64,000 nucleotides of DNA from Candidatus Latescibacterota bacterium (GCA_965226795.1 CBDDDZ010000005.1:736001-800000), one strand, 5' to 3'; shown: positions 40,063 to 51,259, counted from the first letter of the stretch. Made by a program: numbers and translations. The notes: generated by a model not told the origin, from the letters alone.

Positions 40063-41145
40063 ATGGCGGGGGTTTCTGATCCAATCGACCAGGTCGATCT
40101 GAAGGGATTCTATCCCGAGGAACTCGAGGCATTTGTGGCTTCCCTCGGGTTGGAGCCCTATCGTGCCAGGCAGATCGCGGCGTGGATCTACAATCGCGGC
40201 ACAACCGACTTCGCTGAGATGACCGACCTCACTAAGGCGGTTCGCGCAACGCTACGGGAGCGTGCGTCGATTTTGAGTCTGAAGGTGGCGGCAAGAGCGG
40301 GCGCGGATGCCGGCGACACGGTGAAGTACCTGTTTGAACTGCCGGACGGCAAGCGCGTTGAAAGCGTCCTGATGCGCGACGGCAGGCGCCGGACGCTGTG
40401 CGTTTCGTCGCAGGTGGGATGTCCGCTGGATTGTACGTTCTGCGCGACCGGCCGGATGGGGCTGCTCCGCAACCTGTCCGCGGGCGAAATTCTGGATCAG
40501 CTGGTTTGCGTCCGCCGTGAACTGAGAGCACGCGATGACGATCTGACCAATGTGGTGATGATGGGTATGGGGGAGCCGCTGTTGAATTACGAGAATGTCA
40601 TTCGTGCGATCCGACTGATGAATCTGGATTACGGGCTGGCTATAGGAATCCGCAGGATTACGCTTTCGACGGTCGGATACGTGCCCGGTATATTGAGGTT
40701 GGCCAGGGAGGGATTGAAGGTGGGCCTGGCGGTTTCTCTGAATGCGACAGACGATGTACAACGTTCGCAAATTATGTCGATCAACCGGCGTTGGCCGATT
40801 GCCGAGCTTCTTGCGGCGGTCAGGGCGTATCGGCAGCGGATAGACCGGAGGGTGACGTTCGAGTACGTGCTACTGCACGGGTTTAACGATTCGAGCGATG
40901 ACGCCAGACGTCTGGTAGCGCTTGTCCGGGGTATACCGTGCAAAATCAACGTCATACCATGGAATCCGATCGATGACGCACCATATGAACGGCCGCCCCA
41001 GGACGCCGTAAACCGGTTTGTGGAGATCCTCAAGAATGCGCATCTGACAACTACGGTGCGGTACAGCAAGGGAGTGGATATTGCGGCCGGATGCGGGCAG
41101 CTCTATATCCATCCCGAGGCGGCCGCGACGGCGTCCGAAGTCTGA
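40063..41145 (+). CDS. rlmN: 23S rRNA m2A2503 methyltransferase RlmN
   Basis: CVSSQVGCPLDCTFCATG, MGMGEP and AAGCGQL. Confidence 0.96.
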   Translation: MAGVSDPIDQVDLKGFYPEELEAFVASLGLEPYRARQIAAWIYNRGTTDFAEMTDLTKAVRATLRERASILSLKVAARAGADAGDTVKYLFELPDGKRVESVLMRDGRRRTLCVSSQVGCPLDCTFCATGRMGLLRNLSAGEILDQLVCVRRELRARDDDLTNVVMMGMGEPLLNYENVIRAIRLMNLDYGLAIGIRRITLSTVGYVPGILRLAREGLKVGLAVSLNATDDVQRSQIMSINRRWPIAELLAAVRAYRQRIDRRVTFEYVLLHGFNDSSDDARRLVALVRGIPCKINVIPWNPIDDAPYERPPQDAVNRFVEILKNAHLTTTVRYSKGVDIAAGCGQLYIHPEAAATASEV

Positions 41146-41312
41146 ATGGCCCGGCGGGCGGAGGCCGGCGGATTTCGTCGTAGTCGACCCGGTGCGTCGC
41201 GTCGCACATTTCCCTTGATTTTTCTGTAAAGATTTATGATATATTGCAACTTACCGAGATATACACACTATATCCGTTCTCCTGACCGGGAGTCGTCGGA
41301 GCACGTGTTTTT

Positions 41313-42605
41313 ATGGAACAGTTCGTAATTGAAGGTGGTTTTCCACTCTCCGGAACCATCACGCCTTTCGGAAACAAGAATGCCGCGCTCCCACTCCTCG
41401 CGGCGACGCTTTTGACGGACGAGACGGTGGTTTTGAAGAACGCGCCGCCCATCGGAGACGTACTTACCCTTATCAAGCTCCTGCAGGATCTGGGTGTCTC
41501 GGTTCAACACACGAGCCGGGCCGAACTGACCGCGTCCGCGGCTTCCCTGAGCAAGACCGCTCTAAATCCCGATTTGTGCAGAAAGGCCCGCGGGAGTTTT
41601 CTGCTCGCAGGGGCGCTTTTGGCGCGACACGGCCGTGCGACAATGCCCCGGCCCGGTGGGGACAAAATCGGCCGTCGGCGACTGGATACCCATCTCCGCG
41701 CTCTGGAGGCCCTGGGCGCCCGCATCCAAACCAACCATGTCTACGAAATGTGGGCGCCGGACGGATTGGCGGGTGCCGACATTTTTCTGGATGAGCGGAG
41801 CGTAACCGGCACGGAGAACGTGATCATGGCGTCCACGCTGGCGGAGGGCACAACCGTCATCCGGAATGCGGCCTGTGAACCGCACGTACAGGAGTTGTGC
41901 AATCTGCTCAACGCCATGGGCGCCCGGATTTCAGGCGTGGGTACGAATGAACTCACCATTGAAGGCGTAACGACGCTTGGCGGCGGCGAACATACCATCG
42001 GTCCCGATTATATGGAAGTGGGGAGCTTCATCGGCCTCGCGGCGGTAACCAACGGGGAGGTACGGATCAGAGACGCCGCGCCGCATCATATGCGGCGTAG
42101 TCTGATGGTTTTTGAGAGGCTGGGCGTGGAGGTGGTGGTTGACGGAGAGGACATTCTGGTTCCCGACAATCAGAGGCTGGAGATCGTCCGGGACGTCGGA
42201 GACGCGATTCCAAAGATTTTTGACGATCCCTGGCCCGGTTTTCCCGCGGATCTGATGAGCATCGCGATCGTGGTCGCCACGCAGGCACGGGGAACCGTCC
42301 TGTTTTTCGAAAAAATGTATGAGAGCCGCCTTTTCTGGCTGGATCGGTTAATCGAGATGGGGGCCGAGATCATCCTGTGCGACCCTCACCGGGCGGTTAT
42401 CGTGGGGCCGTCGAAGCTATACGGTGAGCGGATTACGAGTCCCGATATCAGGGCCGGGATGGCGTTGCTGATCGCCAGCCTTTGCGCCGAAGGCCAGAGC
42501 GTGATCCGGAACATCGAACAGATCGATCGCGGGTACGATTGCATCGACGAGCGTCTTCGCGCGCTGGGTGCCCGGATCGAACGGGTTCCCGTTCCCTTGG
42601 AATAA
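41313..42605 (+). CDS. murA: UDP-N-acetylglucosamine 1-carboxyvinyltransferase
   Basis: [24 protein letters not shown] and DIRAG. Confidence 0.96.
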   Translation: MEQFVIEGGFPLSGTITPFGNKNAALPLLAATLLTDETVVLKNAPPIGDVLTLIKLLQDLGVSVQHTSRAELTASAASLSKTALNPDLCRKARGSFLLAGALLARHGRATMPRPGGDKIGRRRLDTHLRALEALGARIQTNHVYEMWAPDGLAGADIFLDERSVTGTENVIMASTLAEGTTVIRNAACEPHVQELCNLLNAMGARISGVGTNELTIEGVTTLGGGEHTIGPDYMEVGSFIGLAAVTNGEVRIRDAAPHHMRRSLMVFERLGVEVVVDGEDILVPDNQRLEIVRDVGDAIPKIFDDPWPGFPADLMSIAIVVATQARGTVLFFEKMYESRLFWLDRLIEMGAEIILCDPHRAVIVGPSKLYGERITSPDIRAGMALLIASLCAEGQSVIRNIEQIDRGYDCIDERLRALGARIERVPVPLE

Positions 42606-42610
42606 ACGCA

Positions 42611-43978
42611 ATGGCATCTGCTCGCGACACGGCAATCGAAGTGGTTCGACGCCTCCACGCGCGGGGGTTCCGGGCGTTGCTGGCCGGTGGGTGCGTCAGG
42701 GATCTCCTGCTCGGGCTGGAACCCCGGGACTACGACGTCGCAACCGATGCCGATCCCCAACAGGTGATCGGCATTTTTCAGCGTGCCCAGCCTGTGGGCG
42801 CGCTCTTCGGTGTGGTTGAAGTGAGGCTGGCGGGGCACGTCTTCGAGGTAGCACGTTTCCGGCGTGATCTGGGCTACAGCGACGGGCGTCATCCCGACGC
42901 TGTCATATTTGCGGACGAAACCGAGGATGCCCGGCGTCGTGATTTCACCGTGAACGGGATGTTCTGGGATCCCCTGTCGGATCGGGTGCTGGATTACGTG
43001 GACGGACAGACGGATTTGAAGGAGAAAGTAATCCGAACCATTGGCCCCCCCGAGGATCGGTTTGCGGAAGACCGCCTGCGAATGATGAGGGCGTTACGGT
43101 TCGGCTGCCGCTTCCACTGGCGGATCGATGGAGCCACGTTTGCGGCGATCGGGCGTTTGAGTGAAAACCTCGCGGAGGTCAGCAGAGAACGCGTCCGGGA
43201 CGAATTTGTTAGAATTCTGACCGAAGGTGGCGCGCCTCTGGGGGTGCGGTGGCTGATCGATTCCGGGTTGATGAACGGTGTCGTACCAGAGGTGCTGGCC
43301 CTAGATAACGTCGCGCAGCCGCCTGAGTTTCATCCCGAAGGCGACGTGTTGACCCACACGTTGATTATGCTGGGGCTGATGCGCAGACCGTCACCGGAAT
43401 TGGCCATGGCGGTGCTGTTGCACGATGTGGGCAAGCCGAGCACGTTTGTATCAGCGGACCGTATTCGATTTGACAATCACGTCCGCGTGGGCGCCGAGAT
43501 GACCGACGCGATATGTCACAGGCTGCGGTTTTCCAGGGAGGCGAGCCGTCATATCGTTCGACTGGTGGCGGACCATCACCGGTTTATGCACGTCCGGCAG
43601 ATGCGGAAGAGCAAATTGAAGCGTTTTTTGCGCACGGAACGATTCGACGAACACCTTGAACTGCATCGGGTCGACTGTTTGTCCAGCCACGGGAATCTGG
43701 AGAATTACCGGTTCTGCCGGCAGGTCCTTGAAACATTGGAACCCGAGGAGATACGTCCGGAACCGTTGATTACGGGCCGGGATCTTATCGAACTCGGATA
43801 TCCGCCGGGGCCGGCTTTCAAGACTGCGCTGAGGGCGGTGGAAGACGGCCAGCTTGAAGGCCGCGTGAGAGATCGGGAAAGTGCGTTGCTGCTCGCCCGG
43901 AGTCTGTTTGAACGGGGCGTGACGTCCGGGTACGGAAGCCCTGCCGAAAACGGATCCGCTGCGGAACAGACGGGTTAG
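42611..43978 (+). CDS. CCA tRNA nucleotidyltransferase / poly(A) polymerase family with HD domain
   Basis: GGCVRD...DYDVAT, RRDFTVN, EDRLR and LLHDVGKP. Confidence 0.93.
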   Translation: MASARDTAIEVVRRLHARGFRALLAGGCVRDLLLGLEPRDYDVATDADPQQVIGIFQRAQPVGALFGVVEVRLAGHVFEVARFRRDLGYSDGRHPDAVIFADETEDARRRDFTVNGMFWDPLSDRVLDYVDGQTDLKEKVIRTIGPPEDRFAEDRLRMMRALRFGCRFHWRIDGATFAAIGRLSENLAEVSRERVRDEFVRILTEGGAPLGVRWLIDSGLMNGVVPEVLALDNVAQPPEFHPEGDVLTHTLIMLGLMRRPSPELAMAVLLHDVGKPSTFVSADRIRFDNHVRVGAEMTDAICHRLRFSREASRHIVRLVADHHRFMHVRQMRKSKLKRFLRTERFDEHLELHRVDCLSSHGNLENYRFCRQVLETLEPEEIRPEPLITGRDLIELGYPPGPAFKTALRAVEDGQLEGRVRDRESALLLARSLFERGVTSGYGSPAENGSAAEQTG

Positions 43979-44140
43979 TGGCGGCCGGAAGCAGAAGCCG
44001 AAGGATATGACCACCCCTCCGGTCTATGGATATGGTGCGTCGGCAGGCACGTTTGGAACCATTGCCGGGCAGGGGCGTTTTTAGACTGAGAAGCCCGCTC
44101 CACTTATCCATTTCACATCCACTTTGCGACAGGTGGTCCG

Positions 44141-44716
44141 ATGTCAGGTCTGATCCGATCCGCTTTGGCCATTGGTGCTATGGCCGTCTGGTTGCCGCAG
44201 CCTCAGGCAACAACCGTGGTACGGTTCGCGTTCGATTCGCTGTGTGAAAAAGCGGAGACGATCGCCCACGTTCAGTGTGTTTCTCGCAATAGTTTTATGG
44301 ATGACGGCCGTGGAGAAATTGTTACACGGCACCGGTTCAAGGTAATCACACCCGTCAAGGGCTATCCGGGAGACGAGATCGTCCTCACGCTGCCGGGTGG
44401 AGCCGCCGATGGCCGTCGGCTTTATATCCCGGGCATTCCCGAGTTCGACGTGGATGAAGAGGTTGTCCTTTTTCTTACCGGCCCGGATATGCATGGATCG
44501 GCGTGGCCCCTGGGACTCGGACAGGGCTGTTATCGCGTGCCCGAAGCGCAGGAGGGCCCCGCCCAGGTCAGGATGCAGCCGGGTACCACGCCCCTGCCCG
44601 CCGGGCCTCTGTTCAAGCCGGCGCTCAACAGGCCCTCTCGACCCTTCAATGTGCCGCTCCAGCGTTTTCTTCATCAGATCCGGCTGACGATTCCGGAACC
44701 CTCTGACGAAAGGTGA
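44141..44716 (+). CDS. Hypothetical secreted protein
   Basis: Signal peptide ending QA-TT; LPGG...GIPEF..DEEVVLFL...GLGQG pattern. Confidence 0.7.
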   Translation: MSGLIRSALAIGAMAVWLPQPQATTVVRFAFDSLCEKAETIAHVQCVSRNSFMDDGRGEIVTRHRFKVITPVKGYPGDEIVLTLPGGAADGRRLYIPGIPEFDVDEEVVLFLTGPDMHGSAWPLGLGQGCYRVPEAQEGPAQVRMQPGTTPLPAGPLFKPALNRPSRPFNVPLQRFLHQIRLTIPEPSDER

Positions 44717-45034
44717 AATACCGGACACGGTCCATCGTCGGTTCATGGATTGCCGAAACCCCTTCCTGAGAGCGACAACCGAATTTCCGGGAAGCTTTTT
44801 CCAAAGCAACGATTGTCACAGGATCCAGGGAGCGAATCCTCGTCTTCACCTTCGGATCCTTTTTTATTCCTCTTGACTTTGATCCGGCATTGTTGCATCA
44901 TATTTGCGCGGTTCATGTGCCCGCTTATGCGCGTGTAAGGTTCTGAATTTAAGTGACTTTGGTACTTTCGGCATGCTTCGAGGGCGGCGTAATGCCCTCT
45001 TTTTGTTGGCTCTGAACCGGAAGGAGGGTTTGTC

Positions 45035-46228
45035 ATGTTCAAGCTGCATTTTGACATTCGGGATATCTTTCGAGTGGTTCGGCTCGGATGGTCCGGCAAA
45101 AAGATCTGGGCGGGCTTGTGCGGTACGCTGATCGCCTATGCCGGATATTCCATCCTGGGCATTGTCGACCAGCTTTTGGCAGGGGCCACGCTTGGACAGA
45201 TCTGGCAACGGTACGGACTTTTCCCCGGGCCTGCACCATTTCCTGCCACACTGGCGGGCACGGCGATCGACGTGGTTGCAATGCTGTATGTATGGGTTGT
45301 GGTTTTATTGACGGTGTGCATGATCTGCAAAATCACCTACCAGCAGCTGAAGGGAGACGACTTTTATTCCTCGGGCGACGCATGGGGATTTATCAGACAG
45401 AACTGGGGCGGCGTTGTCTGGGGGCCGGTAGCCATGCTGGCACTGTTGATCTTCTTTGTCGTCGCCGGCATCGTGATCGGGTGGCTGGCCGGGATGATTC
45501 CCTGGGCGGGAGAAGTGGCATTCGGAATTCTCTTCATTCCGATCTTTTTTGCTGCGCTGGTTGCTATTTTTATATCGATTGCGTTTGTCGTTTCCATAAC
45601 GATGTCTCCGGCGGTCGTGGGGACAGTGGGCGAAGACGCGCTCGAGGTGGCCATCCAGTCCTTTTCATTGGCCTGGAGCCAGCCATGGCGGCTGGTACTG
45701 TATATGCTCTGGATGAAGATTTCTGTCTTAATAGGCTCGGTTTTGCTGGGAACCTTTATGGCCTCCGCAATGGGGTTGGTCAGCTGGGCCTGCGGCCTGT
45801 TTATGAAGGAAAAGCTGGCCAATATGGTCTACGTTGCGGGCCGGTATGTTCCGTTTGACTTCACCCGTTGCGATTGGTTGTCCCTGGATATTACGGCGTT
45901 TCTGCCGCCGGCAGGTACCCCTTCCGGCTCCGAACTGCTGGCTGGCGGAATTCTGGCCGGGATGTTGATTCTTCTCACGGTTATCTTCAGTTCATACGTG
46001 TTGTCCGCCTATGCTTCGGGTATCAGCCTGATTTACGTGATTCTACGGAAACGCAAGGACGATGAGAATCTGCTCGAGTGGGAGGACGACGGGGCGGAGG
46101 AAGATGAGGAACAGCCTGCAGAAGCGGAAGCGCCGGACAACGGCGGAGAGGAGACCGGTCACGGCACGTCCGAGGAATCGGAGAATGGAGACGGTGAGGC
46201 GTCGGACACGCAAGCCAAGCAGGAATGA
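45035..46228 (+). CDS. Hypothetical polytopic membrane protein with acidic C-terminal tail
   Basis: AAGGAGG RBS, several TM helices. Confidence 0.8.
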   Translation: MFKLHFDIRDIFRVVRLGWSGKKIWAGLCGTLIAYAGYSILGIVDQLLAGATLGQIWQRYGLFPGPAPFPATLAGTAIDVVAMLYVWVVVLLTVCMICKITYQQLKGDDFYSSGDAWGFIRQNWGGVVWGPVAMLALLIFFVVAGIVIGWLAGMIPWAGEVAFGILFIPIFFAALVAIFISIAFVVSITMSPAVVGTVGEDALEVAIQSFSLAWSQPWRLVLYMLWMKISVLIGSVLLGTFMASAMGLVSWACGLFMKEKLANMVYVAGRYVPFDFTRCDWLSLDITAFLPPAGTPSGSELLAGGILAGMLILLTVIFSSYVLSAYASGISLIYVILRKRKDDENLLEWEDDGAEEDEEQPAEAEAPDNGGEETGHGTSEESENGDGEASDTQAKQE

Positions 46229-46259
46229 CAGCCGGCATTCGGGAAATGTAATTGCGGAT

Positions 46260-47243
46260 GTGGCGGCCGATGCGCGCCTAGCCGAAGGTCCGGAAGGCGT
46301 TCGTCGTGTTTTGAGGGCTATTTATCGGGCGGGAACTCTGCCGGTTCGCGACCTGTCGCGGGAAACGGGACTGCCGGTTCCGGTGGTGGCGGCGGTTCGA
46401 GGCGAGTTGGAAACAAGGGGTTGGGTGGAGAGACGAGGGGGCGTCATCCTGTCTTCGGCCGGTCGGAATGCGGTTGAGAAACAGCTGGGTCTGGGTTGTC
46501 GGCGGCGGTTTGAGAGGCCGGTTTTTCCCGTGCTGGACGACGAGATGCGTGCGTTGCAAGTACGGATGGAGGCATTCGGGGAACAGAGGCCTGCCGTCGA
46601 CGTGCGGCTGGATCAATCCCATGCGACGGCGGAAACCGCGTTGCGGCGCGCGGTGTATCTGTATGAAAATGACGGGCTTGAAGGCCGCGACATCCTGATT
46701 CTTGGAGACGACGACCTGACATCTCTGGCAATCGGCCTTCTGGCGGACTTCCTGAGGATTTCAGTGCGTCGTGTGGTCGTGCTCGAATGCGACCTGCGTC
46801 TGGTGGCCTATCTGAACGCCGCGTCGCCTGAAACGGGACAGGCCGTCGAGGCCGTCGAACACGACTTGAGGTCGGATCTGCCGAGCGATTTGTCCGCCGG
46901 TTTCGATCTGTTTTTCACCGATCCACCCTATACGCTTGCGGGGTTGTCCTTGTTCGTTTCCCGAGGCGCCTCCGGGCTTCGACCGGAGGTGGGCAAGCAG
47001 GGCTTTATCTGTTTCGGAAACCGCCGGCCCGAGGAGACGGTAGCCGCCGTAAGGACAATCACGGAAACCGGACTGGCGCCGGTCGAGATCGTTCCGGATT
47101 TCAATCGGTATGTTGGCGCCCAGATGCTGGCCGGTGTCAGTCAGATGATTCGCACGGTCGCCACGGCCCGGTTGACACCCCCGGTCCGTGGCATCTACGA
47201 AGGTTCGCTCTACACGGCCGACCGGACACGGAAAGAGGGATGA
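46260..47243 (+). CDS. Bis-aminopropyl spermidine synthase (BpsA/DUF43) family protein; start uncertain (possibly 46225 with a frameshift)
   Basis: DQSHATAET...RA, LGDDDLTS and FFTDPPYT motifs; N-terminal wHTH-like region. Confidence 0.75.
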   Translation: MAADARLAEGPEGVRRVLRAIYRAGTLPVRDLSRETGLPVPVVAAVRGELETRGWVERRGGVILSSAGRNAVEKQLGLGCRRRFERPVFPVLDDEMRALQVRMEAFGEQRPAVDVRLDQSHATAETALRRAVYLYENDGLEGRDILILGDDDLTSLAIGLLADFLRISVRRVVVLECDLRLVAYLNAASPETGQAVEAVEHDLRSDLPSDLSAGFDLFFTDPPYTLAGLSLFVSRGASGLRPEVGKQGFICFGNRRPEETVAAVRTITETGLAPVEIVPDFNRYVGAQMLAGVSQMIRTVATARLTPPVRGIYEGSLYTADRTRKEG

Positions 47244-48148
47244 ATCTGCCGTTTGAAGCCGAACCCATCCGCCCCGGGCATTCTGCCCGATTGCAGGGCA
47301 TTTTCGCGTCTGCGTTGAAAAGCGCGTGGTGTTACTACGCCCCTTTCCTCTGCTGTTTCAGCCTGCCACCGGCACGGGAAGTGTTCGTGGCCGAGCACGA
47401 TGGCGCGCTATGGCTTCCGGTGCGCCGCGTCGCCAGGAATGGCCGCGTCTGGTTCGACCTTGTCATACCTCCGATTCCATTGTCGGTTGAACCCCTGGTC
47501 GCCGTGCTGAGCGAGATGCGTGCGGTCAACCGTGGCCGGTGCCCCCGCATCTTGTGGCTGGATGAGGCGGACAGGCGGCGCCTGCCGCCGGATAGACTTG
47601 AAGTTCGGATTAAGTCGAGTGAATATTTGTACGATCCGTCGAAGGTCGTGGCGGCTGTGGGACGGCCGTACCGGGACCTGCGCAAGAAACTGAGGCGCTT
47701 CCGAGAGGAGGCGGATCCGCATTTTCGGGAAATGACGCCCGGCGACGTGCCCGCCTGTCAGGCGCTTTTGCGATATTGGCGGAAACGACAGGGGCGCAAG
47801 AGAGATTTCCTGCTTGACTGGGGGTATACACGGTCGGCGTTATCGATGTATGGACACTGGAGATCCAAAGAAGCTCAGGGCTTTTGCGTGGAGGTGGAGG
47901 GCCGGATAGCGGCCTTCGCCATCGCGGGCCGAATGCACGCGGGGCTGGCCAATTTCTTTATAGCTAAAACGAATCCGGACGTGCGGGGATTGTCGGAATA
48001 TTTGCGAACGGAGGTCTATCGGGCTCTGGTGGATTACGATCTTGTCAATGACGCCGGAGACTTGGGGCTGCCGGGATTGCGGCAGCATAAGCAAAAATTC
48101 CGGCCGGTCGCCCGGATTCCGGTATACAGCGCGTCGTTTTCGGATTGA
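47240..48148 (+). CDS. DUF2156 / lysyltransferase C-terminal (GNAT-like) domain protein
   Basis: EYLY, FIAKTN...GLSEYL and VNDAGDLGLPGLRQHKQKFRP. Confidence 0.72.
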   Translation: MNLPFEAEPIRPGHSARLQGIFASALKSAWCYYAPFLCCFSLPPAREVFVAEHDGALWLPVRRVARNGRVWFDLVIPPIPLSVEPLVAVLSEMRAVNRGRCPRILWLDEADRRRLPPDRLEVRIKSSEYLYDPSKVVAAVGRPYRDLRKKLRRFREEADPHFREMTPGDVPACQALLRYWRKRQGRKRDFLLDWGYTRSALSMYGHWRSKEAQGFCVEVEGRIAAFAIAGRMHAGLANFFIAKTNPDVRGLSEYLRTEVYRALVDYDLVNDAGDLGLPGLRQHKQKFRPVARIPVYSASFSD

Positions 48149-48245
48149 GGACCGGTGCGTCCGGCTTCATACACCGGCTGAATGGATCGAATTCCGGCAA
48201 GGCTGGTGAGTCGACGTATACGATCCCTAAACATGGAGGCTGTTC

Positions 48246-48869
48246 TTGTCTGCAGCGAAAGCAACCAATATTGTGTGGCATGAAGGCCACGTGGGTCGAG
48301 CGGAGCGGGAGAGGCTGTTGGCGCAGGCGGGGTGTCTGGTGTGGCTAACAGGTCTGCCTTCCTCGGGCAAAAGCACCATTGCGTTTACCGTTGAACACGC
48401 GCTGGTTGCGAGGGGGCGAATGGCCTATGTACTCGATGGAGACAATATCCGGCACGGGTTGAATAAGAACCTGGGTTTTTCGGCTGAGGACAGGGCCGAG
48501 AATATACGCCGTATCGGCGAGGTCGGGAGGCTGTTTGTGGACGCCGGGATCCTTACGATAAGCAGCTTCGTGAGTCCGTACAGGGCAGACAGGGACGGGG
48601 TTCGCGGGCTGCTGGACGAAGGAGATTTTCTGGAAGTTTTCATCGATACGCCACTGGAGATCTGCGAGGAAAGGGATCCCAAGGGACTTTACAAAAAGGC
48701 GCGGGCGGGCGAGATTCCGAATTTCACAGGGGTCTCGGACCCTTACGAGCCGCCGGAGAATCCGGAACTCGTGATCAAGACTGCCGAGTGTTCGCCGCAA
48801 GAGGCGGCGCAAAAGATTCTGGATATGCTTGAGTCGCATGGCAGGATTCTGGAAACGTCCGCGCGATAG
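48246..48869 (+). CDS. cysC: Adenylyl-sulfate kinase
   Basis: WLTGLPSSGKST, LDGDNIRHGL and RDPKGLYKKAR. Confidence 0.96.
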   Translation: MSAAKATNIVWHEGHVGRAERERLLAQAGCLVWLTGLPSSGKSTIAFTVEHALVARGRMAYVLDGDNIRHGLNKNLGFSAEDRAENIRRIGEVGRLFVDAGILTISSFVSPYRADRDGVRGLLDEGDFLEVFIDTPLEICEERDPKGLYKKARAGEIPNFTGVSDPYEPPENPELVIKTAECSPQEAAQKILDMLESHGRILETSAR

Positions 48870-48983
48870 TGTGTAATCCTGTGTCCGGTCGCGGCAAACC
48901 GTCTTTTCCATCCCGCTGCCCTTCTTGACGGCAGGAGGTTGGCCTGCGTTGTCGGACCCGAAAGCTGAATAGCGGATACCGCA

Positions 48984-49886
48984 ATGGTTTCGGACGATCT
49001 GAGCAGACGACTCGCAACGCTCAACCGGGGCAGACTTCGGAACGTACCAGAACCGCAGGCCGCGGAATCGGCTGCGGTGCATTCTGGTGATGTTGCGGGA
49101 GAGATGGCAATCGCAGATCCGTACGCGTCGCCCCTGGATGCGGAATTTCCGGTCTCACTGGCCGACGTGGCGGACGGAATCGAGATTCACAACGCGGCTG
49201 GTTGTTTCTTCATGATTCGTCGTTTGCTCCCGGAACTGTTCGACGGGAGCGGCGCGTTTCAGATGCGGTACGCCCAGGCGATCTCATCTGTCGAGGACGG
49301 CGGTGTCCTGGCCCGGGGTAACGGGGTTTCCTCCAAGCTCAAGCACCTGACGCCGGACGACATCCTGTTTGTGGATATCGAAGCGACCGGGGTTGCGGCG
49401 CGGACGCCTCTGTTTCTGGTGGGCGTTTTGGCGTGCGAAGATGGTCGCCTCAATGCTTTTCAGTTGTTCGCGCGAGACGAATCGGAGGAGCCATCGTTGC
49501 TGGCGCATTTGTCCGGTATGCTGGCGGACGCGCGCCTCATTGTGACCTTCAACGGCAAGTCCTACGACCTGCCTTACATCCGTAACCGTTTGACGTTTCA
49601 CGGCTTATCTTGTCAATTTCCACGTTGCCATATCGATATGTTGCATGAGGCCCGCCGGCGCTGGCGTGGCCGGTTTCCCGATTACAGGCTCCAGACTCTC
49701 GAACGATGGATCTGCCGTCGGGCCAGAACGGGCGATATTCCCGGCGCCGAGATTCCGGGCGCATACCGATCGTACATGCGGACGGGTAACGCGGTCCATA
49801 TTGGGCAGATATTGCGCCATAACGCGCTGGATCTGATCACGTTGGCAGAACTGACGGTAACGATGTTGGAAGGGCGTGAGTCGTGA
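48984..49886 (+). CDS. YprB-like ribonuclease H-like (DEDD) domain protein
   Basis: FVDIEATG, VTFNGKSYD, HIDMLH and HNALD. Confidence 0.88.
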   Translation: MVSDDLSRRLATLNRGRLRNVPEPQAAESAAVHSGDVAGEMAIADPYASPLDAEFPVSLADVADGIEIHNAAGCFFMIRRLLPELFDGSGAFQMRYAQAISSVEDGGVLARGNGVSSKLKHLTPDDILFVDIEATGVAARTPLFLVGVLACEDGRLNAFQLFARDESEEPSLLAHLSGMLADARLIVTFNGKSYDLPYIRNRLTFHGLSCQFPRCHIDMLHEARRRWRGRFPDYRLQTLERWICRRARTGDIPGAEIPGAYRSYMRTGNAVHIGQILRHNALDLITLAELTVTMLEGRES

Positions 49887-51259
49887 TGCCGTTGGAAGGG
49901 CGTCGGGTGCTCGTAATGGGCCTGGGCCTGTTCGGTGGCGGCGCGGGTGCGGTGCGGTTTCTGTGCAGGGAGGGTGCGCGGGTGACCGTTACCGATTTGC
50001 GACCCGCCGAGGCGCTTCGGGAGTCGCTGCAGGCACTGGAGCCGCTGCCTGTTGTCTACCGGCTGGGCGGACATGAGGCGTCGGATTTCGGGGAGGCCGA
50101 TCTTGTTGTGGCCAATCCCGGCGTTCCCCGGGCATCCCGGTTCCTGAAGATAGCCGAGAAAAGGGGAGTCCCCGTAACAACGGAAATATGCCTGTTTGTC
50201 GAACGTTGCAGAGCCCCGGTCGTGGGAGTTACGGGCAGCAGCGGAAAGACAACGACCACGTCTCTGGTCGGAGAGATGATGCGCCGCAAGACGCCAGGGA
50301 CGATGGTAGGCGGAAATATCGGGGGGTCTTTGCTGGATCGGTTGGAGGAAATCACGCCGGCCACGCAGGTCGTACTTGAACTTTCCAGCTTTCAGCTCGA
50401 CCGTCTGACCGATTTGAAATGGAGCCCGAAAACTGCGGTCATAACGAATTTTGCCCCCAATCACCTGGATATCCACGGTTCATTGGAGGCCTATAAACAA
50501 GCGAAACGGCAGATAATCGCCCATCAGGGTGTGAATGATGTCGTGGTGTTGAATGGAGACGACCCGGAAATCCGGCAGTGGTCCGGGGACGGTCGCCGCG
50601 TTGTTTTCAGCACGAAACGGACGTCGGGTTGCGACGTCTACCTGGACGACGGAAAAATTCGGCACCGGGTTGGCCATTCCGAAAAAACCGTTTGTCCCGC
50701 CAACGCCTTGGCTCTGCCAGGCCGGCATAACCTGGAAAACGCGCTGGCCGCCTGCGGGGCGGCGCTTTACAATGGCGTAACCGAAGCGGATATTGCAACC
50801 GTCCTCCGCACGTTCAAAGGCGTGCTCCACCGGCTGGAGCGGGTGGCAGAAATAGGAGGCGTCACGTACTATAACGATTCGATTGCGACAAGTCCGGATC
50901 GCACGCAGGTGGCGCTTGCAGCCCTGCCGCCGGGTGTGGTGTTGGTTGCGGGGGGGTACGACAAGGGTTTGGCATACGACGCGCTTGGATTCCATATTGG
51001 GCGGAGAGTGTCGCATCTGATCCTGACGGGCCAGACGGCGGACGCGATATCGGCTTCGGTACCGGCAGGATCCCCAACACGTGTTTTGCGGGTGGATTCA
51101 CTGGACGACGCCGTGTCTGCCGCAGCGCGGCGGGCAGGATCGGGCAATACCGTGTTGTTCTCTCCGGCATCTGCCAGCTATGACTGCTTTCGCAATTTCG
51201 AGGAGCGCGGTGACCGGTTCAGAAAACTCGTTTTGGATATGAGGGCTTGTGATGGCTGA
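49883..51259 (+). CDS. murD: UDP-N-acetylmuramoyl-L-alanine--D-glutamate ligase
   Basis: GVTGSSGKTTT, LELSSFQL, HRLE, YNDSIAT and SPASASYD. Confidence 0.95.
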   Translation: MMPLEGRRVLVMGLGLFGGGAGAVRFLCREGARVTVTDLRPAEALRESLQALEPLPVVYRLGGHEASDFGEADLVVANPGVPRASRFLKIAEKRGVPVTTEICLFVERCRAPVVGVTGSSGKTTTTSLVGEMMRRKTPGTMVGGNIGGSLLDRLEEITPATQVVLELSSFQLDRLTDLKWSPKTAVITNFAPNHLDIHGSLEAYKQAKRQIIAHQGVNDVVVLNGDDPEIRQWSGDGRRVVFSTKRTSGCDVYLDDGKIRHRVGHSEKTVCPANALALPGRHNLENALAACGAALYNGVTEADIATVLRTFKGVLHRLERVAEIGGVTYYNDSIATSPDRTQVALAALPPGVVLVAGGYDKGLAYDALGFHIGRRVSHLILTGQTADAISASVPAGSPTRVLRVDSLDDAVSAAARRAGSGNTVLFSPASASYDCFRNFEERGDRFRKLVLDMRACDG

